Notes: generated by a model from the sequence alone, not told the origin. 64,000 nt of DNA from Candidatus Latescibacterota bacterium (GCA_965222605.1 OZ244960.1:1856001-1920000), one strand, 5' to 3'. Shown: positions 30,452 to 41,754, numbered from the stretch's first letter. Program-made: numbers and translations.

Positions 30452-30545
30452 GTCGCAGGAGACCCCTGATGAAAGCGCGGGGAGGAATGCGACGGTTTAA
30501 GGGCTACCTCCGGAATCCCGCGACTTTAGTCGTGGGAGCACGTCG
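30452..30545 (+). mobile_element. IS200/IS605-type end palindromes without tnpA/tnpB (PATE-like)
   Basis: gtcgca...GGGGAGGAAtgcgac hairpin, then GGAATCCCGCGAC-TTTA-GTCGTGGGAGCACGTC, matching the IS605-family subterminal hairpin pattern. Confidence 0.6.
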
Positions 30546-30626
30546 ATTGTCATTCAAATGAAGTAAGGGGGCACCTCTCTACTCGCCCACTGCAATGCAA
30601 AAAAATACGCGCACCAATTACAAAAG

Positions 30627-32687
30627 TCAAGGTTGTGTCCCGCGGCTCGTGCGCGCAGACTGCGCAATGAGCATCTCTGCGCCCACCGCCACCAAGGCTG
30701 CCAACAACACCCATCGCCAAAGCTCCTGACCGTGCCTTTGGGAAAGGATCGCCTCCTTCAAATCCACCTTGCCATCCAAAACGCGCAAGCGGTCTTTACC
30801 AAACAGAGCCTCGAGGCGCGCCATCGGAACCGGGGTCAAATCGGGTTCGCGCTCATCAGTCTGAACGGCAAAGCGATCAGAGACGCGCTCGCGCGCAAAA
30901 ATCTCCCACAGCCCTGGCGCATCCACCACGCCAACCGGCCACACCGATTGCAAGCCTCGTTGTTGAGGCCAAATTGTTCTGGGTTCTCCACCTGGCACTT
31001 GCAAAACAGCTTCAGAAGCATTTTCCCGCCGGATATCTCTGTACACGACCTGACCGACGCGATAGTCAGATTGGCCAAACGCCCCGGCCGCCAGATATCC
31101 GCTCAGGCGATGCACAAATGGAACAAAAAAACCGGAAAGCGGCGCGTCATTCCATCCCAAACTCGCGCTCACCGAAGACGCAAACAGCACGACGCGCCCA
31201 TTGCCCTTGCGAGACTCGATAAGCGCGGGTGCCCCCGAAGCAAAGGACAACACAGGTTGTGCATTTTGCGCGGGCAAAACCCGATAAGAAACGAAAAAAC
31301 GCGGACTTTGAAATGCCCCTTTGAGTTCCAGGCCCGATAGCATGGGATGATCGGGCAAAACCGTCTGAAAAGCCTGATAAGCACCCGACAACGCGCCCCG
31401 CGTACCGAGCAACTTGGCGGGAAAAAGCGCGGGCAACACATGCTCATTATAATATCGGACGTCAATTTGATCCCCCAAAAAAATAGCCAGACCAACCCCG
31501 CGCGATATCCGATTTTGCAAAGCGGCAATCGCACCTGTAGAAAGCCGCGCTACATTGCATAAAAAAACCACATCAACACCTTCTAATACCTGATCTGATA
31601 CGCGCTCGGGTTTAACATGCACCACCTCGCTTGAGACAACGGACAAAGCCTCTGCGAGATAATAAGAATCGTGGGACGCCTGGCTCACCAGCAAAATGCG
31701 AACGCGCTCTGGAACGCGCAACACCGTCACGCGCGTGTTATCTGCCTCGAGATCGTCTTTCCCTATTTCCACGCGCAGGGCAACATCCCCCCCTGTTTTG
31801 GGCACAAACGACGTATGCAATTTGCGACGCCCACCCGCAGGTACATGGGCAATATCCTGACCAATGCGCCGACCATCCAAAAATATCTGCACAGGTACAT
31901 CGCCTCGATTTGCTTCGCCATAATTGATCAGTTCGATTCCCAATGCGGTTGAACGCCCGACCTCTGGGGAAGTGGTATTGATCTGCCCAATGCCGATATT
32001 GGCAACTTGCGAAGGCCGCTCGGCAATGATATACACCGATACATCGTCCAAATTAGACAGTGTATCGGGCAAATTCGTCCATCCATTATACGCGCGATCC
32101 GTTACAAAATACAACTCGCGGTTGGGCATCTGTGATCTGGACAAATGCGACAAAGCCAATTGCAATCCCGCCTCAAAATCTGTACTGCCAAATCCGGGTT
32201 GCAGCGCATCCATAAGCAACCGCAACCGCTCTGGCGAAACCACATCGACCTCCTCGACACCTTTATCGATCAGTGCCAGACGCACATCGTCGCGCTCATC
32301 AAACAGGGACAACAGAGCCTGCACCCTGCGAAGCGCCCGCTCAAACAACGTACCTTCTGCTGTGCGATATTGCATACTCAACGAACGATCGAGCAAAATA
32401 AACGCCGACGTACCCGCATCGCCCACCTGCCCACTACCCCCGCTCAAAGTCGGACGCGCAAAAGCCAGCACCAACAAAATAATGAGCAGGGTTCGCAAAA
32501 TGAGCAACGCGAGATGCTTTAACTTTAGCCGCCGCATGCGGTCGTGCTGGAGTTTTTGCAAAAGTGCCACATTTGAAAACGACACCGTTACCGTACGACG
32601 CCGATTCAGCAAATGAATCACAAGCGGCAACAGTGCCGCCCACAAACCGTGCAACAACATTGGATTTGTAAATGAAAGACCGAACAT
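30627..32687 (-). CDS. BatA/VWA-domain membrane protein
   Basis: LPLVIHLLNRR, LAFARP, LLDRSLSM (MIDAS), C-terminal ELWRW TM. Confidence 0.88.
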   Translation of the reverse strand: MFGLSFTNPMLLHGLWAALLPLVIHLLNRRRTVTVSFSNVALLQKLQHDRMRRLKLKHLALLILRTLLIILLVLAFARPTLSGGSGQVGDAGTSAFILLDRSLSMQYRTAEGTLFERALRRVQALLSLFDERDDVRLALIDKGVEEVDVVSPERLRLLMDALQPGFGSTDFEAGLQLALSHLSRSQMPNRELYFVTDRAYNGWTNLPDTLSNLDDVSVYIIAERPSQVANIGIGQINTTSPEVGRSTALGIELINYGEANRGDVPVQIFLDGRRIGQDIAHVPAGGRRKLHTSFVPKTGGDVALRVEIGKDDLEADNTRVTVLRVPERVRILLVSQASHDSYYLAEALSVVSSEVVHVKPERVSDQVLEGVDVVFLCNVARLSTGAIAALQNRISRGVGLAIFLGDQIDVRYYNEHVLPALFPAKLLGTRGALSGAYQAFQTVLPDHPMLSGLELKGAFQSPRFFVSYRVLPAQNAQPVLSFASGAPALIESRKGNGRVVLFASSVSASLGWNDAPLSGFFVPFVHRLSGYLAAGAFGQSDYRVGQVVYRDIRRENASEAVLQVPGGEPRTIWPQQRGLQSVWPVGVVDAPGLWEIFARERVSDRFAVQTDEREPDLTPVPMARLEALFGKDRLRVLDGKVDLKEAILSQRHGQELWRWVLLAALVAVGAEMLIAQSARTSRGTQP

Positions 32688-32759
32688 AAAAAAAAACGCT
32701 CAAACAAAAAAACCTGCTTCGCAGAAAAGCAGGCATTGGGTTAAAACTTATGGAATTTA

Positions 32760-33221
32760 TTAGTATTTCTTATCTTCTGTTTCAATAATCGCCAGAGCCT
32801 CCTCGCTATTGCGAATGCCAATCAAACGCTGTCTAAAATCTTCTCCTTTAAGCACCCTTGAGATACGCGCTAAGGCTTTAATATGTGGTCCCGATACATC
32901 TAGAGGCGAGACCAAAAGAAAAAAAATATAGGTCTTTTTACCATCTAAAGCATTAAAATTGATACCTTCTGACTTGATGCCCAGCACACCACCCAGCGTC
33001 GTGGCATATTCCGACTTCCCATGGGGAATGGCAATACCGTGCCCGATACCCGTACTCATAATATCTTCGCGATACAAAACCGCCTGGAGCACCTTATCTC
33101 GGTCAGTAATTTTATCGCCTACTTCGAGTTCATTAACAAGCTCTTCGAGAATTTCCCGCTTGTTTTGCCCCTTAAGCCCGATAATGACCGATTTACCCGA
33201 CAGAATCTCCATCAACGTCAT
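32760..33221 (-). CDS. PTS IIA component (Ntr/fructose type)
   Basis: REDIMSTGIGHGIAIPHGK; HIKALARISR. Confidence 0.9.
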   Translation of the reverse strand: MTLMEILSGKSVIIGLKGQNKREILEELVNELEVGDKITDRDKVLQAVLYREDIMSTGIGHGIAIPHGKSEYATTLGGVLGIKSEGINFNALDGKKTYIFFLLVSPLDVSGPHIKALARISRVLKGEDFRQRLIGIRNSEEALAIIETEDKKY

Positions 33222-33467
33222 AAATGCCCTTTCATTCGAGTGAGAGCATAGACATCTCTGCCTGCGCGCCTATCCGCACGCATCGCTTTCAGACGGAAAA
33301 TAAAACGCCCCTTCAACTAAGTCAAGAAAATTAGAGATATTTATACCTGTGCAGCCTCATAAGTCGCAAAAGTCATTGAGAAATTCGGCAAAAGTGTTTA
33401 ACGTTTAAAAGAAACCGAAAATCCGAACAGGCGTGTAAAAACTACCGCGACACTTAAAGGACTATCC

Positions 33468-35771
33468 ATGCACAAAGTCTTCTACTCAACCATTTATCTG
33501 CTTCTCATCAGTTTTGCAAGCACGGGATTCGCGCAAAACCGCGACCTCCACGACGTCATCAACCGGTTGAAAGCCGATCTGGCTACCGCGTCTGATTCAT
33601 CGGCGAGCTATGCGCGCATGGGCCTGCTCTATTTGCGCCTTGAAGAAGCCGACAGCGCCGAAGCAGCCTTTCAAAACGCGCTCGTCTTGCGCCCCAACCT
33701 CGCAATTGCCCACACGGGCCTGGGTCGCGTTTACCAAAACCTGCGCAACAAACCCGACCGCGCGCTGTCACACTATGAAAAAGCGGTCGCCATCGACACC
33801 ACAGATGCCGACGCCCACGACCGCCTCATCAAAACCCTGCTCGCACTTGAAGATACGGGAAGCCGCGCGCGAAAAGCAGCCTCGCAAACCATTGCGCGAT
33901 TTCCCGACCTGCCCTCTCCTTATCTCCTGCTCGCTCGCGCACATCGCAAAGAAGGCAGCGCGCATCAGGTCGCACTTTACTACTACAAAAAATACCTCGA
34001 GCGCAACCCCGAAGATCACGAAACCGCATACCAATTTGCCTACGCGCTATACGAAGCCAAAGAATACCGCGACCTCGAAGACATCACATCTCGCATGCGA
34101 GACCCCCGCGCCCTTCCATTGCTCGCCCAGGCCCTCATTCAAAGACGCGACCACGAAGGCGCACTGGCGGCATTTCAACGCTATCTTAAAACCCTGCCCA
34201 AAGAGGAACAGCCCCTCTTTGACGACATCTCTTATATCGGCTCAAAAGCCGAAGCCCGCGCTTACCGCCTCGCGTCGGCTTCAGACGACAAGACACAACG
34301 CGAGCGTTTTCTCACACGCTTCTGGTTGCAAAAAGATCCCTTTAAAACCTCGGGAGGCGCACTGCGCCGAGCCGAACACTATCGCAGGGTATGGCATGCG
34401 CGAACCCACTTTGGCAAAAAGTGGCCCTGGGATCGCCGAGGAGAAATCTACATCCGATATGGAGAACCCGACTACATCTCGACCTCTCGAAAACTCAATG
34501 CCATTGTCCCACTCGATGTACAGCGCATTCAAGAACAAAGAGCGTATGCAATTTACGGCGATGCGGGCATTGAGGCCAACTTCGTCGGTCCCGTCTATCC
34601 GATTCGCACCATGGAGCAAGGCGGCACAGGTCGTGTGGGCAATATAGGTTTTACCGACTACCGCCCCGTCACAACGACCAGTGGCTGGACCTCTGTACCC
34701 TGGGAAGTATGGCTATACAAAAACCTCGGACAAGGCGCAGAATTTACATTTACCGATGAATTTTTGGGCGGAAACTACGACTTTGCCCCCGTCCCATCGC
34801 TGACCGAAGAAGATCTCGCCAATGCCGAATCCTCCGGGCGTTCGTACATGAGCGTGATTCAACGCCTCAACGAATTTAACCCTGCCACCCTCGCCCAATC
34901 GCTCGCGGCAATAGAACCCGAATTGTACAGCATAGAAGCTCTCGAACCCCTCGACTTTTACTTCGACACCCTCACCTTTCGGGGACCGGAAAACAAAACC
35001 GAATTACAGGTCATATTTGGCCTGCCTTTAGACAATGTAGCCCTGCCTACGGACCCGGACACCACTGTGGTCATTGAGCGCCGCACCGCGCTTATCTATC
35101 CCCGCGCACTCGATTTTCAGAGCACCAAAAGCGCATTGGCTATCGACATCACAGACGACCATCGCGGTCGCGGTTTGCAAGCCCTGAGTGGCGTGCGCCA
35201 CATCGCCGAACCCGGCGAATATGAATTATCCGTCGAAGCATGGCGTCAAAATACCAACCGCATTGGCGCCTATCGCCAGCCCGGTCTTCACCTGCCGGCC
35301 TATCACGACAAAAGCCATCTGATGATGAGCGACATTCAGGTCGCCTCCCGCATCGTCGAAGCAGATCGCGCACCCGACACATCCTTTGTGCGCGGCGACC
35401 TCTACATTCAGCCACAACCCTCGGCAACCTTTGTCCCCGGCATGTCCATGTACGTTTACTTTGAAATCTACAACCTCAAACGCGACGAATTTGGACAGAC
35501 GCGCTACACCATCTCCTACGAAGTACAAAAACGCCAGGAAACCGGTTTCGCGCTCGTTTCCCTCCTCGCCAAATTGGGCACAAAAAATACTGAGGCCGTT
35601 GGCCTCAGCTTTGATCAAGTCGGTACGAACCCCGACGAAAACACCTATCTCGAAATGCCCCTCACCAACCTCGCGCCCGGACGCTACACCCTCAAACTCA
35701 CAGTCACAGACAAAAACACCGACCAGAGTACAAAAAAAGATGCTGTCTTTTTTATTCCTGGCACCCGGTAA
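33468..35771 (+). CDS. Exported TPR + GWxTD-domain protein
   Basis: Signal peptide, TPRs, FWLQKDP...EHYRR...DRRGEIYIRYGEPD, WEVWLY. Confidence 0.85.
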   Translation: MHKVFYSTIYLLLISFASTGFAQNRDLHDVINRLKADLATASDSSASYARMGLLYLRLEEADSAEAAFQNALVLRPNLAIAHTGLGRVYQNLRNKPDRALSHYEKAVAIDTTDADAHDRLIKTLLALEDTGSRARKAASQTIARFPDLPSPYLLLARAHRKEGSAHQVALYYYKKYLERNPEDHETAYQFAYALYEAKEYRDLEDITSRMRDPRALPLLAQALIQRRDHEGALAAFQRYLKTLPKEEQPLFDDISYIGSKAEARAYRLASASDDKTQRERFLTRFWLQKDPFKTSGGALRRAEHYRRVWHARTHFGKKWPWDRRGEIYIRYGEPDYISTSRKLNAIVPLDVQRIQEQRAYAIYGDAGIEANFVGPVYPIRTMEQGGTGRVGNIGFTDYRPVTTTSGWTSVPWEVWLYKNLGQGAEFTFTDEFLGGNYDFAPVPSLTEEDLANAESSGRSYMSVIQRLNEFNPATLAQSLAAIEPELYSIEALEPLDFYFDTLTFRGPENKTELQVIFGLPLDNVALPTDPDTTVVIERRTALIYPRALDFQSTKSALAIDITDDHRGRGLQALSGVRHIAEPGEYELSVEAWRQNTNRIGAYRQPGLHLPAYHDKSHLMMSDIQVASRIVEADRAPDTSFVRGDLYIQPQPSATFVPGMSMYVYFEIYNLKRDEFGQTRYTISYEVQKRQETGFALVSLLAKLGTKNTEAVGLSFDQVGTNPDENTYLEMPLTNLAPGRYTLKLTVTDKNTDQSTKKDAVFFIPGTR

Positions 35772-35774
35772 TTT

Positions 35775-36305
35775 TCACCCCGTTCTAATCACATAAGTCT
35801 CTGCCACGCGGTCGTGGATCCCCTGTCCATCGGGGTGGCGACGTGCCAGATAGATCAGCACCAGCCAGCCCACCGTGCCGATCACCATTGCAATTGATGA
35901 AGCCAGAACCGATTGTGCATCAACTTCAACGGCATCCATCACTTCTCCATCCACAGGACCCTGGTACAATTCCTCTGGCGTCAACAGTGCCATCACAATA
36001 AACAGCATAAAAACCGGCGACCACTTCACCACCGCACGCCGAAACGTCTGCACATAATCCAACCCACCACCATGGGCATCAATCACGCGCAACCCCAATA
36101 ACATTTTGCCCGGCGTCTGGCCCGTAATCCCCAAAAATACTGCGGAATACACCACAATAAGAATAAAATCCACCATCCAAACGCCCGCAGGCGATAGCAG
36201 CATATTGCGCAGGACCACCGTCAACGCAAGGTGCAAAATCACAAAATCCAGCACCGTTGCCAACAGACGCCGTCCCATACCGGCGATTTCGCTTTGCATC
36301 AACAT
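35775..36305 (-). CDS. RDD family membrane protein
   Basis: RRLLATVLD, GQTPGKMLLGLRV, HDRVAET. Confidence 0.9.
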   Translation of the reverse strand: MLMQSEIAGMGRRLLATVLDFVILHLALTVVLRNMLLSPAGVWMVDFILIVVYSAVFLGITGQTPGKMLLGLRVIDAHGGGLDYVQTFRRAVVKWSPVFMLFIVMALLTPEELYQGPVDGEVMDAVEVDAQSVLASSIAMVIGTVGWLVLIYLARRHPDGQGIHDRVAETYVIRTG

Positions 36306-36322
36306 ATCTTCACCTTATCTCT

Positions 36323-37102
36323 CTACTCGCTTCTCGCAATCAACGCTTTTGTCGTTGCGACAACAATCCGCCGGGGTAATAAACGCACGGTAAAAGCCAG
36401 CATCTTATTAATCAACCCGTGAATAGCGACCCGCTTTCCCTTTTGCATAGCTCTATACCCATATTTTGCCACATCGGCACCCGTGGGCAATCCGCGCATA
36501 TCAAACAAGCGCGAACCCGTTGCACCCGCAGCGCGTTGAAACCCCGTCTCCGTTGCCCCTGGACACAGCGCAGTCACGCTCACGCCCGTGCCTTTTAGCT
36601 CATTGGCAATCGCATCTGAAAACGACAACACATACGCTTTGGTCGCAAAATACACAGCCATCCTCGGACCGGGTTGAAACGCCGCAGTCGAAGCCACATT
36701 CAAAATTTTTCCCCGACCTCTATCAATCAAATCTGGCAAAAACAACTTGGTCAAATGCGTCAAAGCGACAATATTCACCTGCAACATATCCGCTTCGGCC
36801 ATCCAATCTGTTTCCGCATAAAAACCATAGACCCCAAACCCGGCATTATTCACCAGATAATCCACATCCCATCCCATTTCCACGACCCGATCATAAACCT
36901 TTTTTGCCTCGCCCGGCACCGACAAATCGGCTGTGATCACCTCGGCCTTCACACCATATTTCTCCCGCACTTCTCTTGCCAGCGCGTGCAACTTATCCTC
37001 TGACCGCGCCGACAAAATCACATCAACCCCATTAGCTGCAAACACCCGCGCCAATTCCAAACCAATACCACTTGACGCGCCCGTAATCAGTGCTATAGCC
37101 AT
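36323..37102 (-). CDS. SDR oxidoreductase (DltE-like)
   Basis: TGASSGIG, NNAG, YFATK, CPGAT. Confidence 0.9.
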   Translation of the reverse strand: MAIALITGASSGIGLELARVFAANGVDVILSARSEDKLHALAREVREKYGVKAEVITADLSVPGEAKKVYDRVVEMGWDVDYLVNNAGFGVYGFYAETDWMAEADMLQVNIVALTHLTKLFLPDLIDRGRGKILNVASTAAFQPGPRMAVYFATKAYVLSFSDAIANELKGTGVSVTALCPGATETGFQRAAGATGSRLFDMRGLPTGADVAKYGYRAMQKGKRVAIHGLINKMLAFTVRLLPRRIVVATTKALIARSE

Positions 37103-37276
37103 AAGACCCGCCTCCTTTTGTCCCTCAATATGCAAAAAAAAATGCGCAATGGCGAACATCTTATCATCCCTATCGCGAACCATAATCTGCTTTACAGGTA
37201 ATCCAATTATAACTATTCTTATTTCTTTCCTTCACCAGATGGGCAGCATATCTGCCCCACAATCACCGAGGCAACT

Positions 37277-38305
37277 ATGAAACTACTGCAATTCGCACAA
37301 CCCGAACAAGGATCTCGCCTGGGGCTTGTCAAAGGAGACGATATCTTCGATCTCACGGCCTGCGCTCCACATCCAGTTTCGCTTCACGACCTTTACTACC
37401 GCCGCGGAGGCAACAAAAATGGCATTGCATCCACAGTAGAGTCAATAAATACCCGCAATGCGCCCCGCCTCTCACTCCGCGACCTCTTAAACAACACGGA
37501 CGACCCCGATCAACCGCACCTGATCAGCCCGATAACAGCACCGGCAGATGCACCGCACAAATTGCGTATCTGGCTGGCTGGGGTCACCCACGAAGACAGC
37601 GCGAAATTGCGCGAAATCGAAGCCAAACAGGCCACGGGTGATGCCGTCAACGTCTATGATCAAAAATATCGGGAATGTGCACAGGGCGGCATACCCGAAC
37701 TCTTTGCCAAAAACGACACCGCTGCCCTCGTCGGACACGGCGGCTCTATATCCCATCCAAACAACACCCAACGCCTCGTACCCGAAACAGAACTCGTAAC
37801 CATCTATGGCCTCAATGGCACAGGTCAAATTGAACGCCTGGGCTACACCGGCGGCAACGATTACACCGACAACGGCATCGAAGCCGAAAACCCACTCAAC
37901 TTACCCCAGGCCAAAAACTGGTCCCACGGCTGCGCCAGCCTCGGCCCGCTGATGGTCACCGACTCGGCTTATGACGACAATGGCGTGGCTGTCTCTTGCG
38001 AAGTGATTCGCAACAATACGCGCATTGCCTACAAAGAAGGACATACCGGACAAAACCATCTCAACATGCCCGACGGACTCTTTCACCTCGAGCGATCGCT
38101 CTTTTCCCGCTTACCCCTTGAACCCGACACCCTCCAAATCCTCTACTGGGGCACACCCATTGTTTTTTCCGACGACGACCTCGAAAGCGGCTTGCGCGAA
38201 GGCGACCGCGTGTGCATGACGTTTGAAGGCATTGGACCTCTCGAAAATCCCATCGTCGCTTTTCCACAAACAGATCAACTGCAATGGCTGGATAATCACA
38301 GATAA
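37277..38305 (+). CDS. Fumarylacetoacetate-hydrolase-superfamily protein (sugar-acid dehydratase-like)
   Basis: AGVTH, PELFAK, VPETEL, GYTGGND, IEAENPLNLPQAK, GPLENP. Confidence 0.75.
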   Translation: MKLLQFAQPEQGSRLGLVKGDDIFDLTACAPHPVSLHDLYYRRGGNKNGIASTVESINTRNAPRLSLRDLLNNTDDPDQPHLISPITAPADAPHKLRIWLAGVTHEDSAKLREIEAKQATGDAVNVYDQKYRECAQGGIPELFAKNDTAALVGHGGSISHPNNTQRLVPETELVTIYGLNGTGQIERLGYTGGNDYTDNGIEAENPLNLPQAKNWSHGCASLGPLMVTDSAYDDNGVAVSCEVIRNNTRIAYKEGHTGQNHLNMPDGLFHLERSLFSRLPLEPDTLQILYWGTPIVFSDDDLESGLREGDRVCMTFEGIGPLENPIVAFPQTDQLQWLDNHR

Positions 38306-38318
38306 AAAAGGAGGCACC

Positions 38319-38702
38319 ATGCACCGCACACTTCTCATCGCACTCGTTCTCACACTCGGTTCCCTCATCGTCACCGCATCTTTCGCCCAAATTCCCGACA
38401 CCTACACCAACTTAAAAGTGCTGCCCAAAGACATCAAAAAAGCGCAACTCCTGCAACACATGAAAGAATTTAGCAAATCCCTGGGCGTGCGCTGTCACTT
38501 TTGCCACAAAGGAGAAGAAGGCCAATCCCTATCCACTTACGACTTCGCATCAGACGAAAACCCCCGCAAAGACATCGCACGCCTCATGATCACCATGACA
38601 AAAAAAATCAATGGCGAAATCCTCAAAGACTTCAAAGAAGGACAATTCACCCAGGTCACCTGCCAGACCTGCCATCGGGGACAACAAGTACCGGACGCCT
38701 GA
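38319..38702 (+). CDS. Exported diheme c-type cytochrome
   Basis: Signal peptide; NLKVLP, LGVRCHFCH, CQTCH; AGGAGG RBS. Confidence 0.85.
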   Translation: MHRTLLIALVLTLGSLIVTASFAQIPDTYTNLKVLPKDIKKAQLLQHMKEFSKSLGVRCHFCHKGEEGQSLSTYDFASDENPRKDIARLMITMTKKINGEILKDFKEGQFTQVTCQTCHRGQQVPDA

Positions 38703-38902
38703 CACTTGTCCAGCGGAATATGTACGGGCAAGCCTCCTCTCTTAGCAGCCCATTCCTGAGATCCATTATAATCTTATTCTACATTTTTTCCATACTTTAC
38801 CAACCGGTCAACTAAATATACTATTTTAAAAATTAACAATATCTTATACAAATTCATCCCCTTAAAAATTGCCTTTCTCTCCCGCAGAAATATCCTGTAC
38901 AT

Positions 38903-38931
38903 TTGACAAAATTCACTATCCCTCGTAAATT
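38903..38931 (+). promoter_or_regulatory. sigma70-type promoter of aceE
   Basis: TTGACA-17nt-TAAATT. Confidence 0.6.
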
Positions 38932-39012
38932 TCAAGCTCAGAATAGACATTTGGATACGCGCGTATATTATTAAATACCTGTCATTGCACTCCAGAACAA
39001 AGGGGTTTTACC

Positions 39013-41718
39013 ATGGCCGATTCTGTCGCACCAGGTACATTTCGCGATACCGATCCCATCGAAACCGAAGAATGGATCGAATCCCTGGCTTATGTCCTGC
39101 AACGCGGTGGGCCAGAGCGCGTGCGCTATTTGCTCGACCGCCTCGAACAAGAAGCCCAGGAAAGTCTGAGCGTTGACATTCCCTTCGCATCCCATACACC
39201 TTATGTCAACACCATCCCGCGCGACAAGCAACTGCCCTATCCGGGTGACCGAGAAATTGAGCGCCGCATCAAAAGTCTCGTGCGCTGGAATGCCATGGCT
39301 ATGGTTACCCGCGCCAACAAAGAAGCCGATGGCATTGGCGGTCACATCTCCACCTTTGCATCGGCTGCCACGCTATATGAAGTGGGTCAAAATCACTTCT
39401 TCAAAGCACCCAATGGCGATTTCTCCGGAGATCAGGTCTTCTTTCAAGGCCATGCTTCACCCGGCATGTATGCCCGCGCCTTTCTCGAAGGCCGTTTGAG
39501 CACCGAATACCTCGAAAACTTCCGCCGAGAACTCCGCAATCCCGGCGGCCTGTCTTCCTATCCACACCCTTATCTCATGCCCGACTTCTGGCAATTTCCC
39601 ACCGTCTCAATGGGACTTGGCCCACTCATGGGCATCTACCAGGCCCGCTACAACCGCTACCTCGAAGACCGCGGCCTCAAATCGACTCGCGATTCCAAAG
39701 TCTGGGTCTTCGTTGGCGACGGCGAAACAGACGAACCCGAAACCCTCGGCGCCATTAGTCTGGCAACCCGCGAACAACTCGACAACCTCATCTTTGTGAT
39801 CAATTGCAACCTGCAACGCCTCGACGGTCCCGTGCGCGGCAATAGCAAAATCATTCAAGAACTCGAACAAGTCTTTCGAGGCGCTGGCTGGAATGTCATC
39901 AAAGTTATATGGGGTGACGATTGGGACGCACTTCTCGATAAAGACACCCAGGGCCTGCTTCAGGAACGCATGGAAGAAGTCGTCGATGGTCAATACCAGA
40001 AATACACCGTCGAATCCGGCGAATACATCCGCCGCGACTTTTTTGGCACCCATCCCGACCTGCTCAAAATGGTCGAACACCTCTCGGACGAACAACTCCA
40101 AAAATTGCGTCGCGGGGGTCACGATCCCGAAAAAGTGTACGCCGCATTTAAAGCCGCTGTGGAACACAAGGGCGCACCAACTGTTATCCTGGCCAAGACC
40201 ATTAAGGGCTATGGCCTGGGCGAAGCCGGCGAAGGCCGCAACATGACCCACCAGCAAAAAAAGCTCGAAGAAGACGAGATGCGCGAATTTAAGCGGCGCT
40301 TTGACATCCCCATCTCCGATAGCGAAGTGGGCAAAGCACCCTTTTATCGTCCCCCCGACGACAGCCCCGAAATGCAGTATTTGCTACAACGCCGACGCGA
40401 CCTCGGCGGCTATTTGCCCAGCCGAAGCGTTCGGGCCAAACCTATCCAAGCACCCTCACGCGACGTATTTGACGAAGCCTTCAAAGGTACAGGTGACCGC
40501 CAGGCCTCTACAACAATGGCTTTTGCACGCCTGTTTGCCAAACTCGCCCGAGACAAAGACATCGGCAAACTACTCGTCCCCATCATCCCGGACGAAGCCC
40601 GCACCTTTGGTATGGATTCCCTCTTTCGGCAACTCGGCATCTACTCGCACATGGGGCAAATATACGAACCCGTTGACGCGGGCAACATCAGCTACTATCG
40701 AGAAGCGCAAGACGGCCAAATCCTCGAAGAAGGCATCAACGAAGCCGGTGCCATGTCCTCATTCATCTGCGCTGGCACAGCTTATGCCACGCACGGCGTC
40801 AACACCATCCCATTCTACATCTATTATTCCATGTTCGGTTTCCAGCGCGTGGGCGACCTCATGTGGTTGGCCGGCGATATTCGCTGCAAGGGCTTTCTAT
40901 TGGGCGGTACAGCCGGGCGCACCACACTCAACGGCGAAGGTCTCCAACACGAAGATGGGCACAGCCACATTCTGGCCTCATCCGTTCCCAATTGTATCGC
41001 CTACGATCCGGCTTATGCTTACGAAATTGCCATCATCATCCAGGACGGCATTCGACGCATGTACCAGGAACAAGAAGATGTTTATTATTACATAACCCTG
41101 GGCAATGAAAACTACGAACATCCCCCCATGCCCAAAGGCGTTGAAGAAGGCATTGTCAAAGGCATTTATCCGCTCAAGACGCACGAAATGCAACAGGGCC
41201 AGCACAAAGTTCAGCTCTTTGGCAGTGCATCCATCCTCCGCGAAACCCTGCGTGCGCAAGAAATTCTCGCCGCCGAATACAATATTTCCGCCGACGTGTG
41301 GAGCGCCACCTCATACAAGGAATTGCGACGAGACGCGCTTGAAGCTGAGCGGTGGAACATGCTACACCCAACGCGGCGGCGAAAAAAGCCGTATATCGTC
41401 AAAGTGCTCGAAAAAACCGATGGCCCAATAGTCGCCGCATCCGATTACATGAAATCCCTGCCCGAAATGATCCGCCCCTGGGTACCCGAAGATATGACCG
41501 TACTCGGCACAGATGGATTTGGGCGCAGCGACACGCGCCAGGCTCTGCGCCGGCATTTTGAAGTTGACGCCGAGTGCATTGCTGTGGCCGCGCTTTACGC
41601 CCTGGCCAAACAGGGCAAAATCAAACGCGAACAAGTCGCCACAGCCATCGACGAACTCGGCATTGATCCGGCGAAAGTCGATCCCGTATCGGCAGGCCCC
41701 ATCACGACGTATTATTAG
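39013..41718 (+). CDS. aceE: Pyruvate dehydrogenase E1, homodimeric type
   Basis: DPIETEEW, GGHIS, GDGETDE, NCNLQRLDGPVRGN, LGTDGFGRSD. Confidence 0.97.
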   Translation: MADSVAPGTFRDTDPIETEEWIESLAYVLQRGGPERVRYLLDRLEQEAQESLSVDIPFASHTPYVNTIPRDKQLPYPGDREIERRIKSLVRWNAMAMVTRANKEADGIGGHISTFASAATLYEVGQNHFFKAPNGDFSGDQVFFQGHASPGMYARAFLEGRLSTEYLENFRRELRNPGGLSSYPHPYLMPDFWQFPTVSMGLGPLMGIYQARYNRYLEDRGLKSTRDSKVWVFVGDGETDEPETLGAISLATREQLDNLIFVINCNLQRLDGPVRGNSKIIQELEQVFRGAGWNVIKVIWGDDWDALLDKDTQGLLQERMEEVVDGQYQKYTVESGEYIRRDFFGTHPDLLKMVEHLSDEQLQKLRRGGHDPEKVYAAFKAAVEHKGAPTVILAKTIKGYGLGEAGEGRNMTHQQKKLEEDEMREFKRRFDIPISDSEVGKAPFYRPPDDSPEMQYLLQRRRDLGGYLPSRSVRAKPIQAPSRDVFDEAFKGTGDRQASTTMAFARLFAKLARDKDIGKLLVPIIPDEARTFGMDSLFRQLGIYSHMGQIYEPVDAGNISYYREAQDGQILEEGINEAGAMSSFICAGTAYATHGVNTIPFYIYYSMFGFQRVGDLMWLAGDIRCKGFLLGGTAGRTTLNGEGLQHEDGHSHILASSVPNCIAYDPAYAYEIAIIIQDGIRRMYQEQEDVYYYITLGNENYEHPPMPKGVEEGIVKGIYPLKTHEMQQGQHKVQLFGSASILRETLRAQEILAAEYNISADVWSATSYKELRRDALEAERWNMLHPTRRRKKPYIVKVLEKTDGPIVAASDYMKSLPEMIRPWVPEDMTVLGTDGFGRSDTRQALRRHFEVDAECIAVAALYALAKQGKIKREQVATAIDELGIDPAKVDPVSAGPITTYY

Positions 41719-41754
41719 TTTCTGGACATGCTTGTTCAATAGAGGTTCACACCA

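Noticed and set aside
38319-38702. Photosynthetic reaction-centre cytochrome implying phototrophy
   Set aside because: It is a small diheme protein of a widespread family, and no puf/bch genes are present in the window.
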